From positions 62,001-126,000 of the forward strand of contig NMRA01000362.1 in NCBI GenBank assembly GCA_002633005.1: 64,000 bases of DNA. Direction: 5' to 3'. Shown one piece after another: positions 60,446 to 64,000 of this stretch. Made by a program: the position numbers and the translations under genes. Within the stretch, counting starts at the first letter, position 1, and every line of letters begins with the position of its first letter. Under the pieces are notes generated by a model. It was given only the letters and a program-made list of their open reading frames with translations, had not been told where the DNA came from and ran no database searches. The stretch is from Phoronis australis. Its lineage: Eukaryota; Animalia; Phoronida.

Positions 60446-63400
60446 CTGGAAAAGATAGTTAGGATTCAACATTGTTACTGAATATAAATATGTAAGTCTT
60501 GAACCGGGGTGAAAATAGAGATCACAAACATTCTTAAGTCTGGTCCATTAGGTAACGTTGTTTGGTCAAAAGGTGGCGTGCAGACTACACTTGAATATTT
60601 GTGATTGTACCCAATGAATACGTTTAACTGTGGACGGTGACATTCAAAGCTGAACTACTGAGCAAGATGTTCCGGCTTTATCTGAGATTATAATGAAACT
60701 AAAGAACATGAAACTACAACAGTTTTAATGATATAGTTCATATTGGCATAGCCAGAAGTGTCGTTGATCGTCAGCTAATGTTTCGGTGACTGTACGGTAG
60801 CTCATGTTGCACAGCAAACAATGGTACACCACCTCAAGTCAAACAGCATCACATGCAATCACATCAAGGCCACGCTGTGTTGATGTGACATTAGTGCAAG
60901 TTGAACTTTTCGTTCGACTATCCCGCAGTGGCCGTTTGATACGAAGGTTCCGTAATCTTAACTGAACAGGTCTTAATCAGAGTACGTAGGCATGTATACG
61001 TATAGGTGAACGTGGATAACTGTACGTATTGGAATATGATTAAACTCCTCGAAAGCTTTTTTGACTCATTTGTAGTGTTATGGACAGTGAAACTGTTTTG
61101 TGTTTATACCGAGTCTCACAGCTTAAATCCGTTTATACTTCCTCCTTGTGTTCGTTAAATCACTGGTAACTGGGCAAACTGTCACCGAAAGCCCTACCAA
61201 GTATTAGTGTGGAACTTTTGTTTAATGATCCACGGAAATGCAGGCATCATCGGTTTGACCGATGCATTTCCTTTCATGAATGCACAGTTTGGTATTACAC
61301 ACATCCAGTGCTGGCTTTTCCATTAAAGGGGTTCGGAACGATTTTTATCTTCTTTTTAATTTTTATATTTTATATTATAATCTTTGCCTGCTACATATGT
61401 GCAAAAATGCGGGGAGCACCGAATTACGTTTACTCTTACGGCCGTCTAAACAGAGGCACCTCTGGCAAAATGTCAGTACAAGGGCTACAGAAAAAGCCAA
61501 CTTTCGGTCATGACAATTTCGTTTCGCGATGTCAGTTCTGTTTTTAGCAACGTTAATTATATTTCCCGGCTTCCTGAGTTTCTTACGTTAGCAATCCTTT
61601 TCTTTGGATTTTGAGTACCTCAACTTTAACGTTTTAAGTTTGACACAAAACGTCACACCTCTGCTTTAGATAAGTTCTTTGTCGAACCTTGTATTTCTAT
61701 ATGCCTCACGCAAACAAGAAAGACGCGCGGTGCAAAAACGAGGCTCAGTACAATAGCTCCGTTAAATGTCTCATCGGTATAGTTGTGTTCCACGTTGCTG
61801 GAACACCGGTACAAAAAATAAGGATATTCAACTGTCTTTTTACCATCTCTAAAGGTGTCGAGATTCGGAAGCATTGGGTCGTTGCCACAACAAAGAAAAA
61901 TATTATTTTCCGGGTAAAATTGATAAACATATATGTTTTCGAAAGTTTGATCACATTTTGTCACATCTCGGTTGCCGAGCATCATAGAAACGACCGGAGA
62001 ATCTTCGGCCGGCCAGGCCGTGTTGTAATGACTGACTACCGGTTGAAACATGATGCATATCTTTTCAAAAAGTCCAGGACCCTCAATCCTTCGATTTTGG
62101 GTCCGATTATCGGCCCTATTCCCCTCGCAAAAATACTGAAAAATCACGCGAAATTCCCCTCACGAGTCCTAAAAATTTCCCCAAAGTGATTTAAAATTTT
62201 CCCTCGAAGTTCAAATCACTTGCAACCCACACTGGTGATAATTTGAAAGAGCACAAAGTATTACTCGAGTCTATGAGAGTTTGCAACAGGGCAATTTGAA
62301 ACCGAACACATGAAATAGATGTAAGAATTATGAAATGCAAGAAAGCAGAATTGATGGTCAAAAAATAGCTTCAGTTAGCAGCCTGGTATTTTTACTTTCA
62401 TAAAATATAATTTCAATAACATCATCCATGCAGATCAATAAATAAGCAACTTTTAGTTCCGGTAGTGTTTGTCTGACTACGGCCAGGACCGTTGGCAATG
62501 CTTGACGTTAATTTTCTTGATCAACAACTTAAACCAGATGACTTGCACACGACAGCAAAATGCCATTAGCCACCACTGTCAAGCGTGTCTTCAAGTCGTC
62601 AAAAATACGAGCACGTGACGTGGATCGTGCAAAGCATTTTTATCAACAATTTAAAAGAACAAACGTAACCCCGCATTTACAGTAGTATACATGTTTACCT
62701 AATCTGTAACCCGATCGCGGCGATTTGGTCATATTTACTTTTCATGTTTCGAACGTAGTTTTCCGAAAAACTATGCCCTTTCGTTGTCAGACAGCTCTTT
62801 GGTGCATTGACTTGTTCTGTAATGTTTTATTTTTTTTACCTCTCTGTGGTTAATTATTGATATATTAAAGATTTAATGTCCAGGTCAGACTCGAAAGACT
62901 AGCCATTGATCTCATGCGATGTCAACTTCAGCTTTGTTTACCGCATTAAGCCTCGCTTTGGATTTTAATGTTGGCCCAGTGAATTAGAATTATGAAACTA
63001 GAAAAAAATAAAGGACCAACTACTTTAAGTCAAACACTGTCACCTGAACAAAAGTAATCGATGGCGACCTTTTCAAAAGCGCGCCAAATTCAGGTTCCCA
63101 CTTTGGTAAATTCAAATTTGACATAAGCCACAATATGCCTGTTGCATAGTTCCAAACAGAGACTCAGTTTGCTTCCTCAGCATTCACCATATTTGCGGAC
63201 TAACTTATAAAAACAACTGTTCTTTATAATACTATTTCATTCTCATTGCTATGTCAGCTTTTTACTTTGATACAAAGCGAGAGTAAACTCTTCTTGAATT
63301 ACGCATGTTACTGAAAATACACTCCATTGTCTGGTTACACCCTAATTAAACCGACTGAAGTCAGGTCTCCATCTTTAGATATATTATTAGAAAGTGCCAT

Positions 63401-64000
63401 TAGTCCAAAAGTACCACATGATTAAGACGATAACAACTGCTAGAGAAATATTTAATTTGTGAGTAAAAAGATTTTCAAGATTTAGGGAACTTAGTTGAGT
63501 CACTTTTTGGGACAGTTTCAAACAGCCGGGCACTAATGTTGTTACGTACAACGCCATTGTGAAATTTGATGTAGCGCCCTATTATTTAACGCCATTATAA
63601 CAAAAGCTCAAGGCAGTGAAATAAATTTATAAATTAGACAATGTCGTAAAACAACAACTGCTTTATGTTTATTAGGCAAAAACTCTGAGCTGCATATGAA
63701 GTTTTAATCTGTCCTTAACACATGGGGATCCCTAGCACAGGGGTCCCTAAACTTGTCGCGGGGTTAGGAAAATATTGTGAACATCGAAAGCGGGGCAATT
63801 CTCACTGACTACCGGCCAGGAATTGAAGCGACGGATGGCCGGCTGACGATGGAGGATACATCCCAAATTACCATGGCCCCAGATTCCTAAGGCCTGAAAG
63901 ATTAATTCTGCAATGGATATATATACTTAAAAAGTAGTAAAGTAAGAAGCAAACGCTGAAAACAAAAAATAGTACCTGGCAATTTTTCTGGAAACACAGT

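Noticed and set aside
61653-62189. Overlapping 164-aa and 166-aa ORFs on opposite strands
   Set aside because: Both use non-ATG starts, have no domain motifs or clear splice boundaries, and lie in repeat-like sequence.
1-64000. CRISPR arrays, operons or other prokaryotic systems
   Set aside because: The DNA is spliceosomal-intron-rich eukaryotic sequence; short direct repeats (14171, 20256, 36060) have only two copies and no spacer array.

Overview
AT-rich, intron-rich animal DNA, probably a marine invertebrate (mollusc-like repeat content; taxon not provable here). Joining exons by hand at GT-AG boundaries gives: (1) an 11-exon amidase-signature amidase of the bacterial Rhodococcus type (+, 5511-15075); (2) a 2-exon Ser/Thr-rich type I membrane protein (-, 16997-21441); (3) a 7-exon leaderless protein whose C-terminal part resembles an IL-1/FGF-type beta-trefoil, with IL-1-like intron positions and a TATA box plus consensus kB site upstream (-, 26968-31254); (4) an 11-exon receptor with signal peptide, 3 Ig domains, TM, SAM domain and Tyr (ITIM/ITAM-like) motifs (-, 35486-51532), with a truncated HERO-type non-LTR retrotransposon in one intron; (5) the last exon of a second IL-1-like gene (-, 60283-60445). 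The most interesting signal is the co-oriented cluster of IL-1-like gene, 3-Ig-SAM receptor and IL-1-like gene. The window also holds MITEs, tRNA-derived SINE pieces, a decayed CR1/L2 fragment, and a large excess of TACATGTA that behaves like a TA-site excision footprint. Gene models are manual, with no database searches or RNA data.
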